A stretch of DNA of 64,000 nt. It comes from an uncultured delta proteobacterium. GTDB lineage: Bacteria; Desulfobacterota; Binatia; UBA9968. Under the pieces are notes generated by a model. The model was not told the origin of the DNA and ran no database searches. It saw only the letters and a program-made list of their open reading frames with translations. Below are positions 10,113 through 22,142 of this stretch, one piece after another (the first letter of the stretch is position 1; each line of letters opens with the position of its first letter). Location: NCBI GenBank assembly GCA_963847445.1, contig CAWJZV010000009.1, positions 32,001 through 96,000 of the forward strand. The letters run 5' to 3'. The translations under genes and the position numbers were made by a program.

Positions 10113-10979
10113 TTATTTGTCGATATCCCGATGCTTGACATGCACGCGCAAGCTACCGCCACCGAAGCGCTTTTGCAGCTCCTCGACCAACGCCACGGAA
10201 CGGTGGCGGCCGCCGGTGCAACCGAGCCCCAGCGTCAAACTGCTTTTGCCCTCACGTTCGTAGAGCGGCAAAGTAAACTCCAAGAGCGCATAGAGACGAT
10301 CGAGAAAGGCGCGGGTTTCGGCATTGGACAGAACATAATCCTCGACTTCCCGGTCCAGGCCGCTCTTACCACGCAACTCGTTGACGAAATAGGGATTGGG
10401 CAGGAAGCGCACGTCGAGGATTACATCGGTGTCGTGGGGAATCCCGAACTTGTATCCGAAAGAAGTTAGAAACAGCGTCATGCGGCGCGCCGATGGGGCA
10501 TCGCAAAACTGCTGCTCCATCTCGCGCTTGAGCTCATGCACATTGAAGTCGCTGGTATCGATCACCTTGTCGGCCAAAGCGCGGATCGACTCCAAGGCTA
10601 TGCGCTCCCGCGCAATACCGTCTTGGACGGATCCGCCGGCGGCCGAGGGATGAGGCCGGCGGGTTTCACTGAAACGGCGCAACAACACGTCATCGGACGC
10701 GTCGAAAAACAGCACTTGAACATGATGGCCGCCGCCGCGCATCTCGGTCAGCACTTCCGGCAACGCACGCAGAAATTGACTGCCGCGGACATCGACGCCC
10801 AAGGCGATGCGCATGATATCTTCTTGATAACCTTGGCAGAGCTCGACGAATTTCGGTATCAGCGGCGCCGGCAGATTATCGATGCAAAAAAAACCGTTGT
10901 CTTCGAGGGCGCGAATCGCAAAGCTCTTACCTGAACCGGAAAGTCCGGTGATAATAAAGATGTCTAAGCCGTTGGCCAT
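10113..10979 (-). CDS. rapZ: RNase adapter RapZ
   Basis: ITGLSGSGKS, DNLP, RRFSETRRPHP, SFGYKFG, DVRFLPNP, GCTGGRHRSV. Confidence 0.95.
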   Translation of the reverse strand: MANGLDIFIITGLSGSGKSFAIRALEDNGFFCIDNLPAPLIPKFVELCQGYQEDIMRIALGVDVRGSQFLRALPEVLTEMRGGGHHVQVLFFDASDDVLLRRFSETRRPHPSAAGGSVQDGIARERIALESIRALADKVIDTSDFNVHELKREMEQQFCDAPSARRMTLFLTSFGYKFGIPHDTDVILDVRFLPNPYFVNELRGKSGLDREVEDYVLSNAETRAFLDRLYALLEFTLPLYEREGKSSLTLGLGCTGGRHRSVALVEELQKRFGGGSLRVHVKHRDIDK

Positions 10980-10994
10980 ACCGTAACTGGACGA

Positions 10995-11456
10995 TTAGAA
11001 TTTGTCGTCTGCCGCGCTAATCAGTTGAAACAGCTCCTGGCTGGTGCTGCCCGCCATTAAATGTTGGCGAAAAAATTCGTCCTTCAACAATCGTGAAATG
11101 CGCGCCAGCGCTTTGAGGTGATCGGTGGCGGCGTTCTCCGGTGCGATCAGGACAAAAAACAGGTGAGTTGGACCGCCGTCGAGAGAATTGAAGTCGACGC
11201 CCGCCGGACTGCGCGCAAACAGACCGTAGATCTTATCTAGGCCAGGCAATTTGCCATGGGGTATCGCCACGCCGTCACCGATCGCAGTCGAACTGATCCG
11301 TTCCCGTTCCTGAAGCACGGCGAGAACTTGTTTTTGCTCTAAGTTCTGGTGCTTGGCGGCTAACCCAGCCGCGAGTTCTTCCAACACCGAGCTTTTGTCG
11401 CGGTTGACAAGAGCGGGTATGACGGTGTGAACACTGACAAAATCGGTAATCTTCAC
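10995..11456 (-). CDS. ptsN: PTS EIIA (Ntr/fructose-type)
   Basis: ERERISSTAIGDGVAIPHGK, HLKALARISRLL; follows rpoN. Confidence 0.9.
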   Translation of the reverse strand: MKITDFVSVHTVIPALVNRDKSSVLEELAAGLAAKHQNLEQKQVLAVLQERERISSTAIGDGVAIPHGKLPGLDKIYGLFARSPAGVDFNSLDGGPTHLFFVLIAPENAATDHLKALARISRLLKDEFFRQHLMAGSTSQELFQLISAADDKF

Positions 11457-11578
11457 AAACTTCCCTTTTGCTGCCAAGCCGCGCCGGCTCTGATTATTTT
11501 ACCGCCAGAGTCGGCGCGGCTTGGCGAAACCCAACAGCGACTTGAATACCATGCATCGGCCGTTCAACTCCGATCCGG

Positions 11579-13054
11579 CTACTTGCGGATAAAATGGCGT
11601 CGCTTGGACGACGGCAGGACGCCCATGGCTTCGCGGTACTTAGCCACGGTGCGGCGGGCGATTTCGATGGAATCATCGGACAGCATCACGGCGATATGCT
11701 GATCGCTGTAGGGCTTGCGAGGATCTTCGCCGGCAACGATCGCGCGAATTTTTTCTTTGACGCTCTCGCTGGCAACATCGTCGCCGCCGCGGCTCATCAA
11801 GCCGCTCTGAAAGAAAAATTTGAGTTCGAACAAGCCCTGGGGCGTATGCACGTATTTGTTCGCCGTTGCCCGGCTCACCGTTGATTCGTGCATGGAAATA
11901 TCGTCGGCGACCTGGCGCAACACCATGGGTTTCAAATGGCTCACACCGTGATCGAGGAACTCTTCCTGAAATTTGAAAATGCTCTGGGTGACCTTCATCA
12001 GCGTCGCCTGGCGCTGTTGAATGCTCTTGATCAGCCAGGTCGCCGCCCGAACTTTTTCCTGCAGGTACTGCCGAGCCTGCTCTTCCTCGGCCCCTTCCTG
12101 TCCGGCCATGCGGCGATACAGCGAGCTCACGCGCAGCCGCGGCACGCCGTCGTCGTTTAGATAAATCACCCATTCACCGCTGATTTTCTCGACGAAAACA
12201 TCGGGCAGCACGGTGCGCACATCGTCTTGCTCGAATCCGCGGGACGGTTTCGGTTCCAGCGAAGCGATCAAGTGCGCCGCGTCGGCGATCTCATCGACGG
12301 TGACGCCGAGATCCTTAGCGAGCTTTTCATAGCGCTTCGACTCGAGATAATTCAAGTAGCCGTCGGCAATGCGCGCCGCCAGGCTATCCTTGAGCTTTAG
12401 ATTTTCCAGCTGCACCAGAAGACACTCGCGCAGGTCGCGCGCGGCGACCCCAACCGGATCGAAAAACTGGATGCGCTTGAGCACCGCTTCCGCTTCCGCG
12501 GGGGTACATTCCACGGCACTGCAAACTTCATCGAGGGTCAGAGCCAGATAACCATTCTCACTAATATTCTGGATGATGTAGAAGCCGATGTTCGATTCCC
12601 GTTCGCTGATCTTCGACAAACGCAACTGCCAAATCAGATGATCTTCCAGGGAAGTTTTCTTAGTTAAGCTATTTTCCCACGACGGCGGCGAGTCGCCATC
12701 GTCGGACATCGCCTCGGCGGTGAGCGAGCTATGCACGCCGTTGGAATGGCTATCGATATACTCTTGCCAATCCAGGGTGCCGATCTTGTCCACCGTGTTG
12801 GGCTCGCGCGGCGCGACCAATTCGGCGAACTCTTCGGTCGGTTCGCTTTTGGTTTCGGCGCGCGGCGGCTCGGCGACTTCGGGTTCGTCCGTGGCGCCCT
12901 CTTCGAGAGCTGGGTTTTCTTGCAGCTCTTTTAGAACCATTTCTTCGAGCTCGACGCGGGACAACTGCAATAACTTGATCGCCTGCTGTAACTGCGGCGT
13001 CATCACCAGCGTCTGAGCCAGCTTTTGAACTTGGTGTAAATTTAGACCTGCCAT
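11579..13054 (-). CDS. rpoN: RNA polymerase sigma-54 factor
   Basis: MTPQLQQAIKLLQL, HESTVSR, RpoN box ARRTVAKYRE. Confidence 0.98.
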   Translation of the reverse strand: MAGLNLHQVQKLAQTLVMTPQLQQAIKLLQLSRVELEEMVLKELQENPALEEGATDEPEVAEPPRAETKSEPTEEFAELVAPREPNTVDKIGTLDWQEYIDSHSNGVHSSLTAEAMSDDGDSPPSWENSLTKKTSLEDHLIWQLRLSKISERESNIGFYIIQNISENGYLALTLDEVCSAVECTPAEAEAVLKRIQFFDPVGVAARDLRECLLVQLENLKLKDSLAARIADGYLNYLESKRYEKLAKDLGVTVDEIADAAHLIASLEPKPSRGFEQDDVRTVLPDVFVEKISGEWVIYLNDDGVPRLRVSSLYRRMAGQEGAEEEQARQYLQEKVRAATWLIKSIQQRQATLMKVTQSIFKFQEEFLDHGVSHLKPMVLRQVADDISMHESTVSRATANKYVHTPQGLFELKFFFQSGLMSRGGDDVASESVKEKIRAIVAGEDPRKPYSDQHIAVMLSDDSIEIARRTVAKYREAMGVLPSSKRRHFIRK

Positions 13055-13056
13055 GG

Positions 13057-13779
13057 TTAGAACTTAAAGCCTTCTCCCAAATAGAATTTTCGTGCTTTGG
13101 AGCTGGCGGCAATGAATTGCGGCGTGCCCTCCTCCAAAATCGTCCCTTGGTTGACGATGTAAGCCCGGTCACAGATACCCAAGGTCTCTCTGACGTTATG
13201 ATCGGTAATTAATATGCCGATTCCGCTGGTGACTAGGTTGCGGACGATTTTTTGGATCTCCGCCACGGCGATCGGGTCGATGCCGGTAAAGGGTTCGTCG
13301 AGCAAGAGGAAAAACGGCGACAGCACCAATGCTCTGGCAATTTCGACGCGTCGCCGTTCGCCACCGGATAAGGTAAACGCCTTGTGGGTCGCGAGATGAC
13401 TCACGCCGAGCATCTTCATCAGCGCGCCGGCCCGTTCTTTTTGGTCGGCACCGCTCAAATCGAGAGTTTGCAGGATCGCCAGCAAATTCTGCTCGACCGT
13501 CAGACGGCGAAACACCGAGGATTCCTGCGGCAGGTAGCTTATCCCGGCGCGGGCGCGCTGATAGATCGGTGCGTTGGTAAGATCGTCGTCGTTTAGCAAA
13601 ACCTTTCCCTCATCGGGCTGAACTAAACCAACCATCATATGAAACGTAGTTGTCTTACCGGCGCCGTTGGGGCCTAACAAGCCGACCACTTCGCCGCCTT
13701 GGACCGCCAAGCTGACTCCATCGACTACCCGCCGGCCACTGTACGCTTTGGCAACCGACACTGCTTTGAGCAGGCTCAT
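13057..13779 (-). CDS. lptB: LPS export ABC transporter ATPase
   Basis: GPNGAGKTT, LSGGERRRVEIARAL, DEPFTGIDP, ITDHNVRETL. Confidence 0.95.
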   Translation of the reverse strand: MSLLKAVSVAKAYSGRRVVDGVSLAVQGGEVVGLLGPNGAGKTTTFHMMVGLVQPDEGKVLLNDDDLTNAPIYQRARAGISYLPQESSVFRRLTVEQNLLAILQTLDLSGADQKERAGALMKMLGVSHLATHKAFTLSGGERRRVEIARALVLSPFFLLLDEPFTGIDPIAVAEIQKIVRNLVTSGIGILITDHNVRETLGICDRAYIVNQGTILEEGTPQFIAASSKARKFYLGEGFKF

Positions 13780-14330
13780 TTTGACTTGGCATCTCCCTGC
13801 TCCCGGCCCTTCAACTCTTCAGGAAATATCGTCGCCGAAACCCTCGTCTTACCATCGCTTTCGACCATGGCGCGATCCTGGTCGATAAAATAGACTACCT
13901 TCGCACCGCTGACCTGATTATTGCCTTGGCGCATCACCGGGTTACCGGTAAGAGTAACCGTCTTGGCTCTATCGTCGAAAACGGCTCGATCGCCGGTGGC
14001 AACGCGCGTCCCTTGGGTTGCATTGACTTTGCCATCCAGGACGATCTGTTTCATCTGCTTCATCTCAGGATCGTAATATGCGATGAGCGCGTCACTGCGC
14101 ATGGTCATATCGGACTGCACGGCAACGACCCGGCCTTTGTAAACGATCGTGCTCTTCGCCTGATCGACTTCCATCCAGTCGGCGGTGATGTAGATCGGGT
14201 CCTTTTTATTGAACTCGAAGGCGTTGTCGGTCTTTTTCTCGTCCGCTGCCGCGGCCTCGGCTCGCATGGCAGGAAAGGAAGCCGCCAAGGATACTCCCAA
14301 TACGATCGCCGAGAGGATTTGCTGCGTCAT
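13776..14330 (-). CDS. lptA: LPS transport periplasmic protein LptA
   Basis: Signal peptide, PIYITAD, LTGNP; lies between lptC and lptB. Confidence 0.88.
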   Translation of the reverse strand: MTQQILSAIVLGVSLAASFPAMRAEAAAADEKKTDNAFEFNKKDPIYITADWMEVDQAKSTIVYKGRVVAVQSDMTMRSDALIAYYDPEMKQMKQIVLDGKVNATQGTRVATGDRAVFDDRAKTVTLTGNPVMRQGNNQVSGAKVVYFIDQDRAMVESDGKTRVSATIFPEELKGREQGDAKSK

Positions 14331-14331
14331 G

Positions 14332-14959
14332 TCATCCCCCGATCCTTGGGCTGTTGGCGGTCTGGGATTTTTTGTTGGCAAGTTTTTCCGGCTCGATCTT
14401 GGTCTTGACGTCACGCACCATGCGAATCTTCTTCCCCTCTAATTCCACTTCCATGCTCGCTCCCTCAATTGAAATGCCTTCGCCAACGACCTGAGTTCGG
14501 CTCGGTAACGAGATTTGTTCCTTGGCGGGTAGATAGTTGGCCGTTGCCGAAGTCAGCACGTAACCCTTCATCGCGACCCGGACACCGCCTTTGAGCTCCA
14601 ACCGTTCGAGCTCCTTCTCGTTCAGGAAAACATGAGCCGCGTCCGCTGAGGTCTCCGCCGCCTCATCCTTCTTATCGTAGTAAATAAACCGCGGCCGCTT
14701 GATTACCGCTTCCCGCTTGTCCTTGAGGTAATGCGCCTCATCGCCGAAAAGTTCCCATACCTTGCGGCCATTCTCGATCTTGGCGCGATGAAAATCCTTG
14801 ATTTGCAACACGGAGTCCGGCAAGGGCATCGAGGACAGCGACGGGATTTTTTACGTCAACTTTCATCATCTTCTGCACGACCTCGGCGACCTTGAAAGCC
14901 ACCCCGCCGAGAGAAAGAAGAATCACCGCAAGTAAGATCGCCCGTCTGGTTTTGCGCAT
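14332..14959 (-). CDS. lptC: LPS export protein LptC (frameshift near 14825)
   Basis: N-terminal transmembrane segment (MRKTRRAILLAVILLSLGG) in ORF 14738..14974 joins the beta-jellyroll (GRKVWELFGDEAHY) in ORF 14332..14829; synteny kdsC-lptC-lptA. Confidence 0.8.
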
Positions 14960-15060
14960 AATCAGTTCAGCCAAGTAGATGCAAAAATACCACTCTTACG
15001 AATTGCTGTAAAGGAATAGGCACGATATTTGCTTTGCAAATAGGTAACCGGCTGGAGTAA

Positions 15061-15600
15061 TTAAGAATTTGCTTGAAGAGGCAGTAAGTCCGACCACTTA
15101 TTATGGGCTTTAAGGATCAACTCGGCGACCTCGCGTACGGCGCCCATGCCGCCCCTAGCCACGGTAACGTAGTCAGCGAGCGGCTTGAGTTCTGCCGAAC
15201 CATCGCCAACCATTACCGCCAAACCCACCCGCCGCAGCACAGGTAAATCGATGATGTCGTCGCCAACATAGGCAATTTGTGCGTCGGTCAGGCGGCGCTT
15301 CTTTTTGATCCGTTCATAGACCCGCAGCTTGTCCTGCACACCCTGGAATAGCAGCGTGACCCGCAGGTCGTTAGCGCGGTGGCGGACGACGCGAGACGAT
15401 CGTCCGGTGATAAAACCCACCTCGATACCGCTGCGTTTCAACAGTGAGATTCCCTGACCGTCGCGGACGTGAAAATGTTTGGTCTCGACACCGCGGTCGT
15501 CGATGATGATGCGCCCGTCGGTGAGCACACCGTCGACGTCCAACAGCAGGAGGCGAATGTTCGCCGCCTTTCGGCGTAGCGAGGCTGGGATGGTTTTCAC
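15061..15600 (-). CDS. kdsC: KDO 8-phosphate phosphatase
   Basis: LDVDGVLTDG, FHVRDGQG, YVGDDIID, GAVREVAE. Confidence 0.95.
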   Translation of the reverse strand: MKTIPASLRRKAANIRLLLLDVDGVLTDGRIIIDDRGVETKHFHVRDGQGISLLKRSGIEVGFITGRSSRVVRHRANDLRVTLLFQGVQDKLRVYERIKKKRRLTDAQIAYVGDDIIDLPVLRRVGLAVMVGDGSAELKPLADYVTVARGGMGAVREVAELILKAHNKWSDLLPLQANS

Positions 15601-15609
15601 GGCGAGACG

Positions 15610-16581
15610 CTAGAGGCCGGCTTTGATCAGATCGTGCAAATGAACGATGCCGACCGGCTTCTTGGTCTCCGGCTCAAGCACGAATAAAGAGGTTATTGGA
15701 AATTTCTCCATCACCGCTACCGCTTCGCTCGCTAGAGTGTCGGCCGGAATCGTCTTGGGATTGCGCGTCATTAGATCATTTGCCGCCAAGGAGAGAATCT
15801 CGCCCTTGCTCTCCAATCCTCGGCGTAAATCACCGTCGGTGAGAACCCCGACGAGCTGATCCTTCTCGTTGGTCACGCCGGTGACGCCAAGGCGCTTCGC
15901 GGTGATCTCGAACAGCGCGCCCTTTACGCTGGTCGTCTCACGAACCAAAGGTAATCGCTCGCCGCGAAGCATCAAGTCTTCGACCCGCAGCAGCAGCTTA
16001 CGGCCGAGCATGCCGCCGGGATGGCGCATGGCGAAGTCCGCTTCATTGAAGCCGTTCTGCTCGAGTAAAACCACCGCGAGGGCGTCGCCCATGGCCAACG
16101 CGACCGTGGTGCTGGTGGTCGGCGCCAGGCCGAGGGGACACGCCTCCTCCTTGACGCGAACGTTGAGCACCAGTTCACCCGCTTTCGCGAGAGTCGACTC
16201 CGGATTGCCGGTGATCACGATCAGCTTAAGGCCATGATATTTGAAATGGGGCAAGAGCTTGAGGATTTCATCGGTCTCGCCGCTATTGGAAACCGCAACC
16301 ACGATATCGTCCGGCATCACCATGCCGAGATCGCCGTGCACGGCGTCGCCGGAATGAAGATAAAATGCCGGCGTGCCGGTGCTCGACAAGGTCGCGGCGA
16401 TTTTGGCGCAGATCAGGCCCGATTTGCCGACGCCGGTCACCACCACCTTGCCCTTGCAGCTTTGCATCATCTCGACCGCGCGAACGAAATTTTCATCCAG
16501 GTGGTCGATGACGGACAACAGCCCTTGGGCCTCCATCCGCAAAACCTCGGCGGCACGACTGAGAACGGTTTGCTTGTTCAC
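15610..16581 (-). CDS. kdsD: arabinose-5-phosphate isomerase (KpsF/GutQ family, SIS + CBS)
   Basis: TGVGKSG, HGDLGM, SNSGET, LAPTTST, HPGGMLG, CBS pair; GTG start at 16581. Confidence 0.95.
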   Translation of the reverse strand: MNKQTVLSRAAEVLRMEAQGLLSVIDHLDENFVRAVEMMQSCKGKVVVTGVGKSGLICAKIAATLSSTGTPAFYLHSGDAVHGDLGMVMPDDIVVAVSNSGETDEILKLLPHFKYHGLKLIVITGNPESTLAKAGELVLNVRVKEEACPLGLAPTTSTTVALAMGDALAVVLLEQNGFNEADFAMRHPGGMLGRKLLLRVEDLMLRGERLPLVRETTSVKGALFEITAKRLGVTGVTNEKDQLVGVLTDGDLRRGLESKGEILSLAANDLMTRNPKTIPADTLASEAVAVMEKFPITSLFVLEPETKKPVGIVHLHDLIKAGL

Positions 16582-16585
16582 GGTA

Positions 16586-17413
16586 TCAAAGTCCTTTGAC
16601 CAGAGCGTCGATCTCCTTGACCTTGCGGAGCAAGGCTTCGAAGTTTTCCAGCGCCAAGGAATTGGGCCCATCGCTCAACGCCTGGTCGGGGTTCTCATGC
16701 ACTTCCATGAATAGCGCATCGATGCCGGTGGCGACACCAGCCCGCGCCAGGGCGGGAATATACTTGCGCTCGCCGCCGGAAGCATTGCCCAAACCGCCCG
16801 GCAGCTGCAAACTATGAGTCGCGTCGAAGACCACGGGAAAGCCCATGTCGCGCATCACCACGAGGGATCGCATATCGGATACTAAGTTATTATAGCCAAA
16901 CGACGCGCCGCGTTCGGTGACAAGAATCTGCTGATTACCGGTGGAGAGAATCTTGTCGATGACGTTGCGCATGTCCCAGGGCGCGAGGAATTGTCCCTTT
17001 TTGACATTGACGACTCTGCCGGACTGGGCCACCGCGGCAACGAAATCGGTCTGGCGGCACAGGAACGCCGGGATTTGCAGAATGTCGGCGACGTCTTGGA
17101 CCGCCGCCACTTGAGCGGTTTCATGGACATCGGTGAGCACCGGCACGCCGATCTTTGCTTTGACTTCGGCAAGAATCGCCAAGCCCTTGTCGAGACCGAG
17201 CCCGCGAAACGAATCGATCGAACTGCGATTCGCCTTGTCGTAGGAAGCTTTGAAAACATACGGCACGCCGACGCGGTCGGCGCGTTCTTTGAGCGCCGCA
17301 GCGTGGCGCAGCGCCGACTCCCTGCTTTCGATGACGCAAGGTCCGGCAATGACCGCCAGCGGGCCATCGCCACCGATCGAAACATTTCCAACCTGTATCA
17401 GCTTTGTCGGCAT
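16586..17413 (-). CDS. kdsA: KDO 8-phosphate synthase
   Basis: IAGPCVIES, KASYDKANRSS, PAFLCRQT, KKGQF, DATHS, SDGPN. Confidence 0.97.
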   Translation of the reverse strand: MPTKLIQVGNVSIGGDGPLAVIAGPCVIESRESALRHAAALKERADRVGVPYVFKASYDKANRSSIDSFRGLGLDKGLAILAEVKAKIGVPVLTDVHETAQVAAVQDVADILQIPAFLCRQTDFVAAVAQSGRVVNVKKGQFLAPWDMRNVIDKILSTGNQQILVTERGASFGYNNLVSDMRSLVVMRDMGFPVVFDATHSLQLPGGLGNASGGERKYIPALARAGVATGIDALFMEVHENPDQALSDGPNSLALENFEALLRKVKEIDALVKGL

Positions 17414-17432
17414 CGGTTCGGGCAAGTCCCAA

Positions 17433-19088
<1,656 letters not shown>

Positions 19089-19862
19089 TCAGTTCGAACG
19101 TCGCTTTAAATAACTTTCCGCCCGCAGGAGATCGGCTGGTGTATCCACCTCCACCGACCGCTCGTCGACCTGCGCGACGTAAATTCGATAGCCGTTTTCC
19201 AAGGCCCGTAACTGTTCCAAACTTTCAATTTGCTCCAACGCGGTCGGCCGCAGCCGGGCGAATTTCAATAGGAAATCTCGCCGATAAACATATAAGCCGA
19301 GATGACGATAGCCCCAAAGTCGGCGCTGCTTCCGCCGGGCAATCTTTTTGCCGTTGGGATCAATGCCGTCGTTGCGCCGGAAAGGTATCGGCGCCCGGGT
19401 AAAAAACAACGCCAACCTGGCCTTGTCCGTGAGCACCTTCACGATATTCGGATCGCGCCATTCGGACTCACGGTAAATCGCCGTGCATACCGTGCCCATC
19501 GGGATAGCGCGATTGCGCCGCAACGGCTGCACCGCCTGGCCAATCGTTTTGGCGCTAATAAACGGCAAATCGCCCTGGACGTTCACCAGCAGTTCGGCCT
19601 TGATCTTGCGCGCCACCTCGGCCAAACGGTCGGTGCCACTGCTATGATCGGCTGAGGTCATCACAACTTCGCCACCGAATCCTTTCACCACCGCTTCTAT
19701 GCGCCGATCGTCGGTGGCGACGATCACCCGGTCCAGCACTTTAGCTTTGGCAGCGCTCTCGTAGACATGTTGGATCATCGGCCGGCCGCAGATTTGAGCT
19801 AAAGGCTTAGCCGGCAGCCGGGTCGATCCAAAGCGCGCCGGGATAATCGCCACAACGCTCAT
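19089..19862 (-). CDS. kdsB: CMP-KDO synthetase
   Basis: IPARFGSTRLPAKPL, SGTDR, NVQGD, ESLEQLRALE, VDTPADL. Confidence 0.96.
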   Translation of the reverse strand: MSVVAIIPARFGSTRLPAKPLAQICGRPMIQHVYESAAKAKVLDRVIVATDDRRIEAVVKGFGGEVVMTSADHSSGTDRLAEVARKIKAELLVNVQGDLPFISAKTIGQAVQPLRRNRAIPMGTVCTAIYRESEWRDPNIVKVLTDKARLALFFTRAPIPFRRNDGIDPNGKKIARRKQRRLWGYRHLGLYVYRRDFLLKFARLRPTALEQIESLEQLRALENGYRIYVAQVDERSVEVDTPADLLRAESYLKRRSN

Positions 19863-20138
19863 GGACTCACGAATTCACGGATGCAATGACAATCGATTGA
19901 ATGGTTAATACTGGCATGGCGTCGCCAAAAACAAAAAACCGCAATGGCTTTCCCGGAAAGCGCATTACGGAATTCGATAATACGCTGGCAGGTAAAAGCT
20001 GTCAACGCGAATCGCGCCATCAAGCGCGCGCTGACAAAGAAATCTAACCGCGCGAAAGAGTCGATCCTTCGGCGCTTGACTGATCGAGGCACAGTCATGA
20101 TAGGAATGAGGCAAGACCTGCAGAATAGGAAATGGCTC

Positions 20139-21065
20139 ATGGCAGAACTAATCAAAATCAAAGCGGGCTTCGCCACCATCGGCCAAGGCGCAGGGCCGAT
20201 GATGGTCACCTGGAAAGCCGGATTGTTTCGCAAGCATGGCCTCGATGTCGACCGGCCGCCGGTGATGGGCAGCGCCAAGGGCGTCGTGCGCGGCTTGATG
20301 TCGGGAGATATCCAGTTTGGCAACCTGGCGGCGCCAGCGCCGCTGCGAGCCAATCTCAAAGGCGAAGCCGATGTGGTTTTCCTCACCGGCGGCATCAATC
20401 AGCAATTTCTAGTCGGCCGCCCAGGCATCAATAGCCGAGAAGAGCTGTCCGGCAGGAAAATCGGCACGGTCAATGACGGCGGCATCGGCGACGCGCTGGT
20501 GAAGTTCGTTGTCGCCAAACTCGACGCCGCCGGCGTCAAAGGCCTGCAACAAGTGACCATCGGCCATGGCGCCGAGGCAGAAATGGCAGCTTTGCTCAGC
20601 GGCACGGTCGATGTCGTCGTCGGCACACCGCCGGAATGCATCGACTCCATCCGCCATGGCTGCAAGTACCTGATCGATTTTGCCGAATACGGGCTCAACT
20701 ATGCCCTGGGCGGTATCGCCGGACGGCGCGATTATATAGAGAAAAATCCCGAGATCACCCGGCAGTTCGTCAAAGCCTATGTCGAAGGCATGCACCGCTA
20801 TCGCACCGACCGAGAATTCACCGTCGATGTCCAGGCCGACTACAGCGGCATCGCCGACCGCACCATCGCCGAAGAAACCTACGACCTCACCCAACCCGGC
20901 ATGCCGCGCGCTCCCTACCCGGTGGTCGCCTCACTGCAAACCCTGCTTGATTTCATGGCCAAGGAATTACCCGAAGCCCGCGGCGCCGACGCCAGGAAAT
21001 TCGTCGACGACCGCTTTATCCGGGAACTGGAAGACAACGGCTTCATCGCTTCTTTAGGGAGGTAA
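20139..21065 (+). CDS. SsuA/NMT1-THI5-like solute-binding protein (no clear signal peptide)
   Basis: AGLFRKHGLDV, LSGRKIG, YIEKNPEITRQFVKA, FVDDRFIRELEDNGF; start taken at ATG 20139. Confidence 0.75.
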   Translation: MAELIKIKAGFATIGQGAGPMMVTWKAGLFRKHGLDVDRPPVMGSAKGVVRGLMSGDIQFGNLAAPAPLRANLKGEADVVFLTGGINQQFLVGRPGINSREELSGRKIGTVNDGGIGDALVKFVVAKLDAAGVKGLQQVTIGHGAEAEMAALLSGTVDVVVGTPPECIDSIRHGCKYLIDFAEYGLNYALGGIAGRRDYIEKNPEITRQFVKAYVEGMHRYRTDREFTVDVQADYSGIADRTIAEETYDLTQPGMPRAPYPVVASLQTLLDFMAKELPEARGADARKFVDDRFIRELEDNGFIASLGR

Positions 21066-21071
21066 TTCCAG

Positions 21072-22076
21072 ATGGCCAAGCTCAGCTTGAGTTTCGTTAC
21101 TTTGTTGTGGCTGGCGGTCTCGGCAGCAAACATCAGCGCCGCAACCAACGATGGCTTGATCGACGCCGCCAAGCGCGAGGGCGAGCTGGTCTACTACGCG
21201 TCGATGAACCTCGCCGAAGCCAACGCGATCATCGGCGAATTCGAGAAGCGTTATCCATTCATTAAGGTAAGACTGCACCGCACCGGCAGCGAAAAGCTGC
21301 TGACCCGAGTATTGACCGAGTACCGCGCTAAAAAAATCTTCGCCGACGTCATTCAAACCGTTGAGTTCAGCATGCATATTTTCAATCGCACCGGCGTCCT
21401 GGCGCGCTACCTGCCGCAATCGAACGCTTGGTATTCGAAAGACTTCAAGGAAGAAGGGTTTTGGACGACCGTCTATTACAACGCCTACGTGACCGCCTAC
21501 AACACCCGCCTGGTGCCGGCGCGCCAGTTGGCGAAATCCTATGACGACCTGCTCGATAGTAAATGGAAGGGCAAGCTCTTGATGGAGGGCACCAAGGCCG
21601 ATTGGTTCGCCGGCATGTTGCAAATTCTTGGACCGGAGCGCGGCCTCAAATACATGCGCGAACTCGCCAAACAGCAGCCGAGCCCGCGTGAAGGCCATGA
21701 GCTCTTGGCGCAATTGGTCGTCGCCGGCGAAGGTGTTTACGATGTCAATATTCCCGTGTCATCGGTGGAGCGCATGAAAGAGCGCGGCGCGCCCATCGAT
21801 TGGATTGCGCTGGGCCCGGTGCCGGCGATCATGGTCGGCGCCGGCATCGCGACTGGCGCGCCCCACCCCAACGCCGCCAAATTATTTTTAGAATTCGTCC
21901 TGTCGCGCGATGGACAGAAGCTCATGCAGACCCCCGGCCGCCATATCGCCCGCGGCGACCTCGCCAACGAGCAAGCGGCGATGCTTAAAGATCTGAAAAT
22001 CGTCCCAGTCAATCCCGCGCTGGCGGAAAAGCTCGACGAGTACGCCAAGCAGATGCGGACAATCTTCGGCGGCTAA
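21072..22076 (+). CDS. extracellular solute-binding protein (Fe3+/polyamine-type)
   Basis: Signal peptide, AAKREGELVYY, YNTRLV, DLLDSKWKGK, APHPNAAKLFLEF. Confidence 0.8.
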   Translation: MAKLSLSFVTLLWLAVSAANISAATNDGLIDAAKREGELVYYASMNLAEANAIIGEFEKRYPFIKVRLHRTGSEKLLTRVLTEYRAKKIFADVIQTVEFSMHIFNRTGVLARYLPQSNAWYSKDFKEEGFWTTVYYNAYVTAYNTRLVPARQLAKSYDDLLDSKWKGKLLMEGTKADWFAGMLQILGPERGLKYMRELAKQQPSPREGHELLAQLVVAGEGVYDVNIPVSSVERMKERGAPIDWIALGPVPAIMVGAGIATGAPHPNAAKLFLEFVLSRDGQKLMQTPGRHIARGDLANEQAAMLKDLKIVPVNPALAEKLDEYAKQMRTIFGG

Positions 22077-22142
22077 CGATGCTTTGTTGTATTGGTCCTA
22101 TCAGTCTTATAGGTCCTATTCTTAGTCACAAAGGAGAAAATC

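Noticed and set aside
19944-20138. N-terminal extensions given by the ORF track (also for 4649..6418, 15610..16671, 55454..56167, 59455..60741)
   Set aside because: Upstream in-frame starts add sequence with no family similarity; downstream starts have better ribosome-binding sites or match family lengths.
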